The notes under the pieces: model-generated | What the model was told of the DNA's origin: nothing | Databases searched by the model: none | Seen by the model: only the letters and a program-made list of their open reading frames with translations | DNA from: an uncultured Pseudomonadales bacterium | GTDB lineage: Bacteria > Patescibacteriota > Microgenomatia > UBA1400 > PJMF01 | Direction: 5' to 3' | NCBI GenBank assembly: GCA_964570365.1 | Contig: CAZMXT010000002.1 | Coordinates: forward strand, 1-55,751 | Length of the DNA stretch: 55,751 bases | Made by a program: the position numbers and the translations under genes | In this document: in pieces, positions 1 to 10,050 of the stretch | How positions within the stretch are numbered: position 1 is the first letter of the stretch | Layout: each line of letters starts with the position of its first letter

Positions 1-113
1 AGCTCAGGAACTTAGTAAAAAATTCACAACTGAAAGTTCTCTAAACGCTTGCAGTTTGCCATTTCTCACCTTATTATTTACTTTAATGCTATTACCTCAT
101 TTATAGGAAATCT

Positions 114-533
114 ATGAAAGCTCTCACATTTTTGAAAGTCTGGTTTATTACGTATATTTTCTTCTTTGTGCTTGATATGTTGACTCATATTGTGTTACTC
201 GGACCAATTTTTGCCTCTCAGCTGGCAGGTATTACTTCTGAACAGGTCAACATGCCAGTGGTCATGTCCCAAACAATTATTATTTCCATCGCGACTGTGT
301 TTCTAGTCTGGAAAACCCTTGATCGCTCAAAATCACTTGCGCAAACTGCAGTAGTCGGTGCCGTGATTGGCTTACTGATCTATGGCATTCACGAGATGAC
401 TAGCTATGCCTCAATTCCCAACTGGCCACTTTATATCACTATTCTGCATACTGTAGTTGGTGTCATCCAAATGGCAGTGGTGGCAGTCATCGCTGAGCTA
501 GTGATTAAAAAATTTGGACCGACTAGTGAGTAA
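114..533 (+). CDS. DUF2177-like membrane protein
   Basis: 139 aa, about 4 hydrophobic segments; YGIHEMTSYASIPNWP resembles the DUF2177 YxxTNxAxxxxWP motif. Confidence 0.65.
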   Translation: MKALTFLKVWFITYIFFFVLDMLTHIVLLGPIFASQLAGITSEQVNMPVVMSQTIIISIATVFLVWKTLDRSKSLAQTAVVGAVIGLLIYGIHEMTSYASIPNWPLYITILHTVVGVIQMAVVAVIAELVIKKFGPTSE

Positions 534-578
534 ATTTTCTATTATAGTAAATGTATTTTCTTCGCATATAATTCGGGT

Positions 579-1661
579 ATGAGTACTCGTGAATCAACAC
601 CCAATCCTACTCATCACGTTGGCTCTGTTACAGATATTGGCCATGGCAACCCATCTACCTTAGAAGCCCATCGCCGGTTAGCAACTGAGGCTGGAATAGT
701 TCTTCATACACTCCCACTGCGTGGGGTAGCGGCTCCGGGAAAGTTGGCTCACGTGGCAATGACCCAGTTTGGTCGGGTAAGCTCGAAATATACGGAACAC
801 TCTGAAGGAATTAGAGCTAGCCTTCCAGCTCGCATTTTTGGTCAGCTCTTATTTCTGGAGTTTGCTGCGCGAGTCCTAGCATCTTCAAAAATAACTAGAA
901 ACGAAAAGAAGATTCACTGGTTGGTTGTTCAAGAACATGTGTTACAAGGTAGCTGGTCAACAGCTCTGGATTTCTTAGGCATAGATAAGATCACGGTTAG
1001 CGTGCCTGATGTCCTTCCCAAACAAAGTGCAGAAGATGCAGTGAGGAGTCACTCTGGTCGGGCTAGCTTTAGCGTCTGGAACACTTTTGCGCAAGAGCAT
1101 TTAGCAACACGCTTTCTCCCGTCAACTCTAAATCAACCGCCATTGTTAGCCGGATATTATCCAGAAACTTCCCAATTTATGAGAGAAGGTAAGAGAATCG
1201 TGGTGAAGTCTTCGGGAAGTGGGATGAAAAAAACTTGGATAAAAGCTTTAAATGAAGAGCTCAGAAAGATCAGTCCTCAGACTTGCATTCATCTTCCTGC
1301 TGGAAAATCTCTAGATGATTATCAAAATTTCATGAATGATTTAGGAGGAAAGACAAAATTAGTTATTGCACATCCTAGTGAGATAACCCAGATTGTGGCT
1401 TCAATGAGGGCGAGTGGTGTGGAAGTCACACTTCTAGCATTACCTCCACGGGGAACTCATGAAGAAATTAACTTAGAACACGCCATGCAAATGGGAATAG
1501 TAGCAGCTTTGATTGATTTTGAAGATGGATCAAATACCAGCAACCCTAAGTTTTCAAAGCTAGCGAGAATACGGCCTTGTGAAATAGCTGACCTACTTGG
1601 GACCCCCTCTGCCCTCTCAGATGTCCATCCGTTTTTAGGCACTGAGCCACTCATCCTTTAA
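579..1661 (+). CDS. Hypothetical protein, possible GT-B-fold glycosyltransferase-like
   Basis: 360-aa ORF; N-terminal DIGHGN and C-terminal HPSEI...PPRGTHEEIN recall GT28/MGDG-synthase-like motifs; TATAAT at 567-572. Confidence 0.45.
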   Translation: MSTRESTPNPTHHVGSVTDIGHGNPSTLEAHRRLATEAGIVLHTLPLRGVAAPGKLAHVAMTQFGRVSSKYTEHSEGIRASLPARIFGQLLFLEFAARVLASSKITRNEKKIHWLVVQEHVLQGSWSTALDFLGIDKITVSVPDVLPKQSAEDAVRSHSGRASFSVWNTFAQEHLATRFLPSTLNQPPLLAGYYPETSQFMREGKRIVVKSSGSGMKKTWIKALNEELRKISPQTCIHLPAGKSLDDYQNFMNDLGGKTKLVIAHPSEITQIVASMRASGVEVTLLALPPRGTHEEINLEHAMQMGIVAALIDFEDGSNTSNPKFSKLARIRPCEIADLLGTPSALSDVHPFLGTEPLIL

Positions 1662-2275
1662 TGTTTCTTATGGATGTCAGGGGTCACTACTGCCAGCGCG
1701 GCTCCTAAAACAGGACCAAGCGCATAGAGCAGAACTAGACTTAAGTTGTTGAAAAGATTACTGGGATTGAACAATAACGGTGCTAATCCCACCACCGGGT
1801 TAAATGCTCCTCCAGAAATCGGTCCTGCCACTGAAGCCCCCACGAACACTGCTGCCCCAATTGCAACTCCAAAATAATGATTACCTTTCACTCTGGGATC
1901 AACCGCCACCATCATAATGACTCTCATTAACAAAAAGGTGAATAAAACTTCCACAAAGAAAGCGAGCAGGAATGGCGTGTGTGCGGTAGGTTGCACAATA
2001 AAGTACGTACCTCGGATGAAAAAGTACACTGCAACTGCTGCTAATCCTCCCAGCAGTTGTGCTCCGATATACTTCAGAGCTTCTTCACTTGAAATTTTCT
2101 TCAATATATACAAAGCAATTGTTACGGCTGGATTAAAGTGAGCTCCAGAAATATGCCCACCTGCATACACCAGAATCATTAGCACTGCGCCAATGACTGC
2201 TGGACTGCCAGTCAAACTAATCACTACTAAAAGGAAAAAAGTACCGAAGAATTCTGTAATCAGTTTTGGATTCAT
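1658..2275 (-). CDS. Aquaporin (MIP family)
   Basis: GHISGAHFNPAVT and SGGAFNPV motifs, six TM segments; start placed at MNPKLITEF (2275). Confidence 0.92.
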   Translation of the reverse strand: MNPKLITEFFGTFFLLVVISLTGSPAVIGAVLMILVYAGGHISGAHFNPAVTIALYILKKISSEEALKYIGAQLLGGLAAVAVYFFIRGTYFIVQPTAHTPFLLAFFVEVLFTFLLMRVIMMVAVDPRVKGNHYFGVAIGAAVFVGASVAGPISGGAFNPVVGLAPLLFNPSNLFNNLSLVLLYALGPVLGAALAVVTPDIHKKH

Positions 2276-2318
2276 ACTGCTGTATATTGAATCACCAACG
2301 TACAATAAAGTCATTAGG

Positions 2319-2468
2319 ATGAAAATTACTTTAGTCTGTGTAACATCGCTCGATGGTAAAACCACTCGCTGGCACCAATCTGGAATTTATCAATGGACTT
2401 CCTCTGAAGATCAAAAGTATTTCTTTTCACTGATTAAAAAGAACTTAATCAGCGAGGCACAATCTTAG
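2319..2468 (+). pseudogene. Truncated dihydrofolate reductase/RibD-like N-terminal fragment
   Basis: MKITLVCVTSLDGK...WTSSEDQKYF matches the DHFR N-terminal pattern; it stops after 49 aa, directly against the convergent gene. Confidence 0.65.
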
Positions 2469-3206
2469 TTAAGTATGAAATTGTGCTAATGACGCTATCA
2501 GAATCAGCTTCCCTGCATTGATGGCTGGTCCCTCACTTGGGAAATGGAAGTGATAAATTCCTGGGGCACTGTTCACTTCTAAGATGAACGCTTCTCCTTT
2601 TTCTGCAACTAAGAAATCCACTGCCGCTAACTGTAAACCCATCACCGCAGCAGTCTTAATTGCTACAGCTACTGTCTCTTTATTCCAATCAGCTTTGGCA
2701 AAAGAAATTCTTTTTACATCTTCTGTTGTATTTATTGGCGTGTCGTAGACTCTTTGGTGAACTGCTAATACTTCGCCATTAAGAATTAAGTACCGATATT
2801 CTTTACCCAAAATATACTTTTCTAAAATAGAATTCTCAATGGAAAGACCCTCTAGTTCTTCCACTAAGTTGATCAGGTGAACACCCTCTGATCGTCTTCC
2901 TTGAGTAGGCTTTAGGACAATTTTTTGATGTTCTTCCAGAAATCTTTTTGCTTCTACTAAGCTTTTTGGTAAACAATAATCAATGTTTTTTAAGTTATGT
3001 CGTCCGAGAATGACTCGTGTTGCATGTTTGTTTTTAGCCAGGTAAATAGACAAATGTGAGTTCAAGATACTGGTATTGTAAAAACAATATTTTTCTTGAC
3101 TATCTTGCTGAAAAGAAAACAGTCCGTAATCGGTTAACCACTCAGGGTGAAGCTGTAACTTTTCTGCTTCCTCAAAAAGAATTTTTGCTGTGCTGATATC
3201 GTACAT
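2469..3206 (-). CDS. ATP-grasp ligase (RimK/cyanophycin synthetase-like)
   Basis: VLKPTQG, LEKYILGKEYR, AAVDFL, ILEVNSAPG motifs. Confidence 0.85.
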   Translation of the reverse strand: MYDISTAKILFEEAEKLQLHPEWLTDYGLFSFQQDSQEKYCFYNTSILNSHLSIYLAKNKHATRVILGRHNLKNIDYCLPKSLVEAKRFLEEHQKIVLKPTQGRRSEGVHLINLVEELEGLSIENSILEKYILGKEYRYLILNGEVLAVHQRVYDTPINTTEDVKRISFAKADWNKETVAVAIKTAAVMGLQLAAVDFLVAEKGEAFILEVNSAPGIYHFHFPSEGPAINAGKLILIASLAQFHT

Positions 3207-3217
3207 ACTTTACTTCA

Positions 3218-3847
3218 CTAGCGTTGGTACAGGTATACTCCCTCATCTTTTTTAGCAACCTGCCAGTCCGGAAAAGGAAAGCTGTTGCAAATAACCTGAG
3301 AGCCAGGTGGCAATTCCTTCTGTAGCTTTTTCTCTAAGTCTTTCATGATGTAAGAAATACCAAAAAGCGTGACCAGTTGAAACCCGGAAAAGTTCACGTG
3401 CCAAAAGCTAGCCCAGTGAATCTTGGCTAATTTATCCAGACCAGCTGCTTTCACTTTCATTCGTGACCAAATCACTAATAATGGATTGATTTCATACCCA
3501 TGAGCTTCAGCGCCTGCTCGAGCTAAAACAATAACTATCCGCCCATCTCCAGATCCTAAGTCAACGGCTTTCATACCGGTCCGAATTTGTGCAAGCTTCA
3601 ACATTCTCTCCACTTGAGCATCTTTACTCGGCACATAAATGGCACCTCCAATGGTCGGGAGCAAAAAGATTAAGTCAACAATAATTACGAAAATACAGAC
3701 TCCAGCTATTATCAGACCGATACTTTTTAAAAAAGGCATCTGCAAGTGTTCGGGCAACAAGACATAAATTACTCCCATAAAGAAAGTAATTACGAATAGT
3801 GCAACTACTGCAATTGGCCAGATACTTGAGATTTTCATGATACTCAT
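3218..3847 (-). CDS. Membrane-anchored SAM-dependent methyltransferase
   Basis: Two N-terminal TM segments, GAIYVPS, VDLGSGDGR motif I, GYEINP. Confidence 0.88.
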   Translation of the reverse strand: MSIMKISSIWPIAVVALFVITFFMGVIYVLLPEHLQMPFLKSIGLIIAGVCIFVIIVDLIFLLPTIGGAIYVPSKDAQVERMLKLAQIRTGMKAVDLGSGDGRIVIVLARAGAEAHGYEINPLLVIWSRMKVKAAGLDKLAKIHWASFWHVNFSGFQLVTLFGISYIMKDLEKKLQKELPPGSQVICNSFPFPDWQVAKKDEGVYLYQR

Positions 3848-3954
3848 TCTCGCTGATCAAATATCAAAATACAAATCACAAAATCTATACTGTTGTTTTT
3901 AAGTCATTTATAGAGTAAAATGTAAAGCTTCATTTGAAAGTTATGGGATGCAAT

Positions 3955-5385
3955 ATGATTCATATCTATTTAAGTAAGATTAAGAACTTTGTTCAAGTAG
4001 CATCCATGCGTGTAAAAAACTTTTTAGCTAGGTATAGGTTAGTCTTCACCGCAGTCCTGATTGCTCTTTTCTTAGTAGCTCTTATTGCCTCCAGAGCTAC
4101 TAAAAAGACTGCCTCACCAGAACCAGAAGTTACGGTCCAGCCACTCACGGTTAAGACATTAAAAGTGGGTGAGCAAGTACTTCGTGAGGAAACAGTTGGC
4201 ACGGTTAAAAATCTCACTTCTATAACTTTAGTAGCTCAAACTGCTGGACCTGTCAATAAAGTATATGTGACAGAGGGTAAGGAAATTAAAAAAGATGCAG
4301 CTATTAGTTACCAAACGACTGGGTATGGAACTGGAAATGTGAGCAGTGTCCAACGTCAAATCGCTCAAAAAAGCTCTACTCTCGCTGAAGAAACTCTCAA
4401 AAATACGGTAGAAATTGTGGCAAAAAACCGTGAGTCGGCAGATCTTAGTCAAGATAATAGCGATGAGCTACGAAAAATTTCTGAAGAATCTTTGAGTGGA
4501 ACTCGCAAGCTAGTTGATACCACTCGTTTAGTAGTTGAAAAGATTGAGGCAGATTTAAAAGCAACACCAACCACAGACTCGGCAACGATTCAGGGTCTTC
4601 GGCAACAACTAATTAGCTTTCAGAGTGGTTTAAATCAAGCAGAGTCAGGACTGAGGAATCTTGAGTACAGCGTCAATAAAGAAAAACCACCTTCAAAAAT
4701 CGTAAGTGCTACTAAAGAACTCGCCTACAAAACAACCGAGCTCCAACTAAAAGCTGCTGAATTAAGTCGAGATATTGCACAGCTAAATGTAAAAGCAGCC
4801 CAAATCGCTGAAGCCTTATCTAGAGTTGTCGCCCCTTTTGCAGGAACTGTAGAACGAGTCTATGTTCAACCTGGCCAGTATCTTTCTCCTGGTACCCCCA
4901 TTGCAAAAATTAAAGGTGAAGACAAACTCTGCTTAGTAATACAGGTCTCCGGATTTTTGGCTAGTCGTATCAGTTCTGGACAGCCGCTTCAACTTTTAGT
5001 AAATGGCAAGACATATCAGCTGCCTATCACACATATTTCTTCCAGCCCGACAGCAGGAAAACTTTATGAGGTGTTGGCTGTCGTCCCAAGTGAATATGCT
5101 GAATTTATTCAAGAAGATCAGACAGTGAACGTCAGCTTACCTTTATCTAGCACAGAAAAAATAAGTGGAGACCGCTTCCTACCGCTGGATGCAATTTTCT
5201 TAACAAATACTAGCAAATATGTACTAGTGGTAAAAAATGGTCAAGCAGAAAAACAAAGCATCGAAACAGGAGAAATTATTGGAGACCAAGTTCAGGTCAA
5301 AGTTGGAATTAATTTAGGTGATGAAGTTATTTTGGACCGACGCGTTATTGAAGGTCAACAGGTTCAAGTTGTGAATGGGAGCTAA
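3955..5385 (+). CDS. RND efflux membrane-fusion (adaptor) protein
   Basis: N-terminal anchor, split lipoyl halves (AQTAGPV...VTEG and APFAGTV...VQPGQ) around a coiled coil; overlaps the RND gene start; start uncertain (3934/3955/4006). Confidence 0.85.
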   Translation: MIHIYLSKIKNFVQVASMRVKNFLARYRLVFTAVLIALFLVALIASRATKKTASPEPEVTVQPLTVKTLKVGEQVLREETVGTVKNLTSITLVAQTAGPVNKVYVTEGKEIKKDAAISYQTTGYGTGNVSSVQRQIAQKSSTLAEETLKNTVEIVAKNRESADLSQDNSDELRKISEESLSGTRKLVDTTRLVVEKIEADLKATPTTDSATIQGLRQQLISFQSGLNQAESGLRNLEYSVNKEKPPSKIVSATKELAYKTTELQLKAAELSRDIAQLNVKAAQIAEALSRVVAPFAGTVERVYVQPGQYLSPGTPIAKIKGEDKLCLVIQVSGFLASRISSGQPLQLLVNGKTYQLPITHISSSPTAGKLYEVLAVVPSEYAEFIQEDQTVNVSLPLSSTEKISGDRFLPLDAIFLTNTSKYVLVVKNGQAEKQSIETGEIIGDQVQVKVGINLGDEVILDRRVIEGQQVQVVNGS

Positions 5386-8300
5386 TGAAAACAAAGAAGA
5401 ACACTGACACAGATTCACTTTATCTAAACAAGCTAAAGTTCGATCCCAAACTCTACCTTTCTCCTTTTTATAAGTACATGACAAATGTGCGTCTCTTAAT
5501 TTTGATTATGCTGAGCTTAGTTACAGCAGGAGTTCTGGCTTTCTCTCGTCTTCCTCGAGAACTAAATCCAGAGGTAGATATTCCTATTGTGGTCGTAAGA
5601 ACTGTACTCCCAGGAGCTTCCTCTAAAGATGTAGAAAGCTTGGTGACTAAAAAAATTGAGAAAATTCAGACTAATTTAACCAATCTTGATACGATGAACT
5701 CAACTTCAAGTGAGTCCTTCTCCGTGGTAGTGTTCCAATTCTTAAGTAATCAGGAGACTGATAAAGCTGTCGACGAAGTCAAGGAAGAAGTAGATTTAAT
5801 AATAAATGACCTTCCTACAGAAGCTGAGGATCCAGTTGTCGAGAAACTAGATTTTAATGACCAAGCTGTCTGGACCTTTGCGCTCACGGGGGACATCGAC
5901 ACTTTGTCATTATCTGATATTGCCAAGGAATTAGAGGATCGTTTAGAACGAACAAAAGGCATTCGGAAAGTTGAAGTCAGTGGCCAGGAATCTGAGGAAG
6001 TTTCAGTAGCCCTAAGACCAGAAGCGCTCAGCCAATATGGTATTTCTACCCAACAAGTTACACAGGCACTTCAAGCAAATAATATTAACTTTCCAGCTGG
6101 AAATATTGATATCAATAACTTGCGGTACAGCGTAGCCTTAAATAGTGAACTCAGTAGTGTTGAAGACATTCGTCGTCTCCCCTTATCCATTGGTCAGCAG
6201 GTACTCCAACTCTCAGAACTAGCAAATGTTCAGCTAAGGGCGGTAGAAACTTCTAGCTTTGTTAGCTACTCATCACCTCAGCAAGGAACAAAGACCGCGG
6301 TGGAGTTGTCAGTCTTCAAAGCAGCCGGAGAAAGTCCAGAAGGTTCTTACCAAAAAGCCAAAGCAGTGGTCGAGAGCGAACTCAAAAAGTATCCTCAGCT
6401 TCAATATATTACCGTGCTCAACGTTGCCACAGAAAGTACCGAACAATTTGAAGACCTTCAAGGAAACTTTACTAACTCGATCTTGTTAATTTTCATTGCC
6501 ATGTGCTTATTCCTTGGAGTTCGCCAAGCAATTACGGGTGCATTCTCGTTACCACTGACGCTTCTGACTGCTTTTTTCTTAATGTCGCTGATGGGAATGA
6601 CGCTGAATTTTCTATCACTCTTTTCTTTACTCTTGGCAATTAGTTTAATTGGTGATGATGCGATCGTTATCTCTCAAGCAACTCGCAGTTATGGTAAAAA
6701 GTTCTCACCAATTGAAACCGGACTCCTAGTCTTTAAAGACTTTGCCCTCCCGATTTGGGCAGGGACGCTAACGGTTGTTTGGTCTTTCTTACCATTACTT
6801 CTCGCAGGCGGAATTATCGGTGAGTTCATTAAACCAATTCCCCTTGTTGTTTCTGCCACTCTACTCTCATCCACTGCAATTGCGGTATTCATTAACTTGC
6901 CAATTAATGTTCAGCTCGCTCAACTCAAACTACCTCGCCGCGTCATTGTTTTACTTTTCATGCTTCTGAGCATCCTTGGTAGTGTTGTTGTCATTCAATT
7001 TGCCAGTGGCTCTCAATTTACCTCACTTACTTTCCTCTTTTTTATCTTAAGTTTGGTAGCACTCTTTTTATCTCGAAGCAAAATTACTCAACTGCTCAAT
7101 CGGATGGGGGCGGACTTAGCCCAGCGTTCTTCCTTTCTTAAAAGAACCGGCAACTACTTTAAAACTGGCAGCTTAATAAGAACCGGAATCATAGACATAA
7201 GCCCAGTAGTGAATCGCTATAAAGTTTTGCTTAGTTGGGTGGTAACTAAACGCCGCCGCCGCTTTGGCGTCTACGGTATTGTCATCAGTTTTATTGTCCT
7301 CGCAATTATTTTTGTGGCTTCTGGATTACTTAAGCAAGAGTTTTTTCCTAAAGTAGGGCAGGATCAAGTCTACGTCAATATTGAAGGTCCAGCCGGATGG
7401 CAAGTTCGACAAACTCAGCAGGTGATGGCTGAAGTACAAGCAGATCTTTTGACACTACCTGAAGTAACTTCAATCATTTCTCGCACCAACTCTAGTTTTG
7501 GAGATGAACCGACTTCTGGACCCAACTATGGCTACTTAAGAATTTTACTTAAAGATGAGAAAGACCGTCAGCGTGACTCAATCGAAATTTCTGACTCGCT
7601 TCGACAGAAGTTTTTGAGCTACCAAACCGCTAAAGTCAACGTTGTGGAGCTGAGTGGTGGCCCCCCAGCTGGTGCTGACTTCCAAGCAGATATCAAAGGC
7701 GGTGACCTCATAGAGTTAGAGAAAATCTCTGACCAGTTTATGTCCGAGCTGTCAGAAATTGAGGGCGTCGTAAATATTACTACTTCATTAAAGCTTTCTT
7801 CTGGTCAAATTAGTGTGACACTTCTTCCTACTGAAATGCAGACGCGAGGCCTTTCTGCGATACAAGTAGGTAGTTGGTTACGAACCGCTCTAAGTGGCTC
7901 AGAGGCACCAAGCCTGACTATTGATAATAGCGAGCTCGATCTCAAAGTAACTTTAGAGCAGGAAAAAGAAAGTCTCAGTTACTTACAAAATTTACCTATC
8001 TACAACCAAAGTGGTGAAAGATATACCCTCTCAGAAGTTGCGGTCTTTCACTTAGAAAATAGTCCCACCTCAATTACACGCTCTGGAAATGACCGCGTAG
8101 TCCGGGTAACAGCAACAGGTCGAAATCTTCCAGCGCCTGAACTACTCAAACAGTTTAATGAAAAAATGAAAGATTATGAGTTACCAGAAGGATATTCTTG
8201 GAGTGTAGGTGGCGCCAATCAAGAGAATGCCGAATCAGTGCAATCCATCATTCAAGCCATGGGCATATCTTTCCTGCTGATTCTAGTAACCATGGTCTTA

Positions 8301-8723
8301 CAGCTCGGATCATTTCGAAAAGCGTTCCTAGTTCTAGCTATTATTCCTTTAGCTATTTCTGGGGTCTTTATTAACTTTACTATCTTTGGCATTCCTCTTT
8401 CTTTCCCTGCCCTAATTGGTGTGCTGGCTTTATTTGGAATCGTGGTAAACAACTCAATCATGATTATGGAGAAAATTAATCTTAACCTTGAACAAAAGTT
8501 TGAGTTTTATGAAGGTGTTACTGATGCTTCTGCTTCCAGACTTGAACCAATTTTCTTGAGTTCATTTACCGCCATCTTGGGCTTACTACCTATTACTATT
8601 GCTGATCCCTTATGGCGTGGTTTGGGTGGTGCAATCGTGGCAGGGCTATCACTTTCTGGAGTAATAGTTTTGTTCTTACTACCTGCTTTATTTGTGGAAC
8701 TGTTTCACCCCCCTGAGAAGTAA
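5385..8723 (+). CDS. RND (AcrB/AcrD/AcrF family) transporter permease
   Basis: 1112 aa; PEVDIP, PGAS, GDDAIV (TM4 DD), GIVVNNSI, RLEPIFLSS, GLLP motifs. Confidence 0.93.
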   Translation: MKTKKNTDTDSLYLNKLKFDPKLYLSPFYKYMTNVRLLILIMLSLVTAGVLAFSRLPRELNPEVDIPIVVVRTVLPGASSKDVESLVTKKIEKIQTNLTNLDTMNSTSSESFSVVVFQFLSNQETDKAVDEVKEEVDLIINDLPTEAEDPVVEKLDFNDQAVWTFALTGDIDTLSLSDIAKELEDRLERTKGIRKVEVSGQESEEVSVALRPEALSQYGISTQQVTQALQANNINFPAGNIDINNLRYSVALNSELSSVEDIRRLPLSIGQQVLQLSELANVQLRAVETSSFVSYSSPQQGTKTAVELSVFKAAGESPEGSYQKAKAVVESELKKYPQLQYITVLNVATESTEQFEDLQGNFTNSILLIFIAMCLFLGVRQAITGAFSLPLTLLTAFFLMSLMGMTLNFLSLFSLLLAISLIGDDAIVISQATRSYGKKFSPIETGLLVFKDFALPIWAGTLTVVWSFLPLLLAGGIIGEFIKPIPLVVSATLLSSTAIAVFINLPINVQLAQLKLPRRVIVLLFMLLSILGSVVVIQFASGSQFTSLTFLFFILSLVALFLSRSKITQLLNRMGADLAQRSSFLKRTGNYFKTGSLIRTGIIDISPVVNRYKVLLSWVVTKRRRRFGVYGIVISFIVLAIIFVASGLLKQEFFPKVGQDQVYVNIEGPAGWQVRQTQQVMAEVQADLLTLPEVTSIISRTNSSFGDEPTSGPNYGYLRILLKDEKDRQRDSIEISDSLRQKFLSYQTAKVNVVELSGGPPAGADFQADIKGGDLIELEKISDQFMSELSEIEGVVNITTSLKLSSGQISVTLLPTEMQTRGLSAIQVGSWLRTALSGSEAPSLTIDNSELDLKVTLEQEKESLSYLQNLPIYNQSGERYTLSEVAVFHLENSPTSITRSGNDRVVRVTATGRNLPAPELLKQFNEKMKDYELPEGYSWSVGGANQENAESVQSIIQAMGISFLLILVTMVLQLGSFRKAFLVLAIIPLAISGVFINFTIFGIPLSFPALIGVLALFGIVVNNSIMIMEKINLNLEQKFEFYEGVTDASASRLEPIFLSSFTAILGLLPITIADPLWRGLGGAIVAGLSLSGVIVLFLLPALFVELFHPPEK

Positions 8724-8749
8724 GCTGCACCTCATGCTATACTGAAAAA

Positions 8750-10048
8750 ATGGTGATTGGGTCACTCTCTCCGCTACATGGATATTCACGAAATAGAAGG
8801 TTACCTCTAGCCTTTCTAATGACTCTGATAATGCTAGGCTTTTTTAGTATTGGATTTCTGGCTGGGGCCAAAGCTCTGCCAAAAGTGTTGGGTGACCGCA
8901 CTAGCAAACAGCGTGTAGTAGAACGACCCCCTGAGCAAAAAGATTACCCTTTACGTGATTACAGCATTCAGAATCTACAGAGTCGGCAATTCCAAGTCAG
9001 TGAAATCACGATTGAAAAAACCCTTGCTCAATTTCCTGAATATACTTCTTATCTTTTTTCTTATCGCACAGTTGGCAAAAAAATGACTGGTCAGATGAAT
9101 GTGCCGACAGGCCTCTCCACTGAGTATCCAGTCATTCTCTTAGTCAGAGGGTATGTCGAGGCAGTTGACTACATAACCGGTGAAGGGACTCGCCCGGCTG
9201 CTGCTGCCTTTGCGAAGAAAGGCTATGTGACCTTTTCTCCTGACTTTCTGGGGTTTGGGGGAAGTGATCCAGAGACAGCCGGTTGGACGGCTCGCTTTGA
9301 GAAGCCAATTAATGTAATAGAACTCATTCACTCTCTTAGACAACATTCTCAGTTAGAGTTACCGGGTAAAAAAGCTGACCGGAAAATCCAGCTTAATCCT
9401 GCCAAGTTAGGGATTTGGGCACACAGCAATGGTGGCCAAATTGCTTTAACAACTCTAGAAGTATTGGGCGAGCCAATTCCTACAACTTTATGGGCACCTG
9501 TGACTGCACCATTTCCCTACTCTGTCCTCTACTTCAGCGATGAAATGGAAGACGAAGGAAAGGCAATGCGCGGTTCAGTGGCTGCTTTGGAAAGAGAGTA
9601 CAATCTTCAAGAATTTTCCCTGACGCAGTACCTTAATCGCTTGCGGGCCCCACTCCAACTTCATCATGGCACTGCTGATGATGCAGCACCCAAAAGTTGG
9701 TCCGATGACTTCGTAGCCAGCCTTACAACTGAAAATAAGCGTCGCCTACTTAAAAAGGAAGCAGTCGTCACAGAGCTTGCTCGAGTTACACAAGAAGAGA
9801 AAAAACAAGCTGAGTTAGCAGCAGCAATTGAGAGTACAGAATCTGGAACAGCATCCGAGTCAGCCATTGTCCCAGTTTCTAACGCAAATCTTGAGAAGAC
9901 CATTACCACTACTATTCAAGCTGAGGATGCTTTTTTACAGCCCATCGAGGTAAGTTACTTTGTCTATCCAGGCGCAAATCACGCCATTCGGCCGGGCTGG
10001 GACGAGGCTATTGAGCGTGATATGAGCTTCTTCCAAAAGCATCTCTAA
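8750..10048 (+). CDS. Membrane-anchored alpha/beta hydrolase (S9-like)
   Basis: WAHSNGG nucleophile elbow, HHGTADD, YPGANH. Confidence 0.85.
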   Translation: MVIGSLSPLHGYSRNRRLPLAFLMTLIMLGFFSIGFLAGAKALPKVLGDRTSKQRVVERPPEQKDYPLRDYSIQNLQSRQFQVSEITIEKTLAQFPEYTSYLFSYRTVGKKMTGQMNVPTGLSTEYPVILLVRGYVEAVDYITGEGTRPAAAAFAKKGYVTFSPDFLGFGGSDPETAGWTARFEKPINVIELIHSLRQHSQLELPGKKADRKIQLNPAKLGIWAHSNGGQIALTTLEVLGEPIPTTLWAPVTAPFPYSVLYFSDEMEDEGKAMRGSVAALEREYNLQEFSLTQYLNRLRAPLQLHHGTADDAAPKSWSDDFVASLTTENKRRLLKKEAVVTELARVTQEEKKQAELAAAIESTESGTASESAIVPVSNANLEKTITTTIQAEDAFLQPIEVSYFVYPGANHAIRPGWDEAIERDMSFFQKHL

Positions 10049-10050
10049 GC

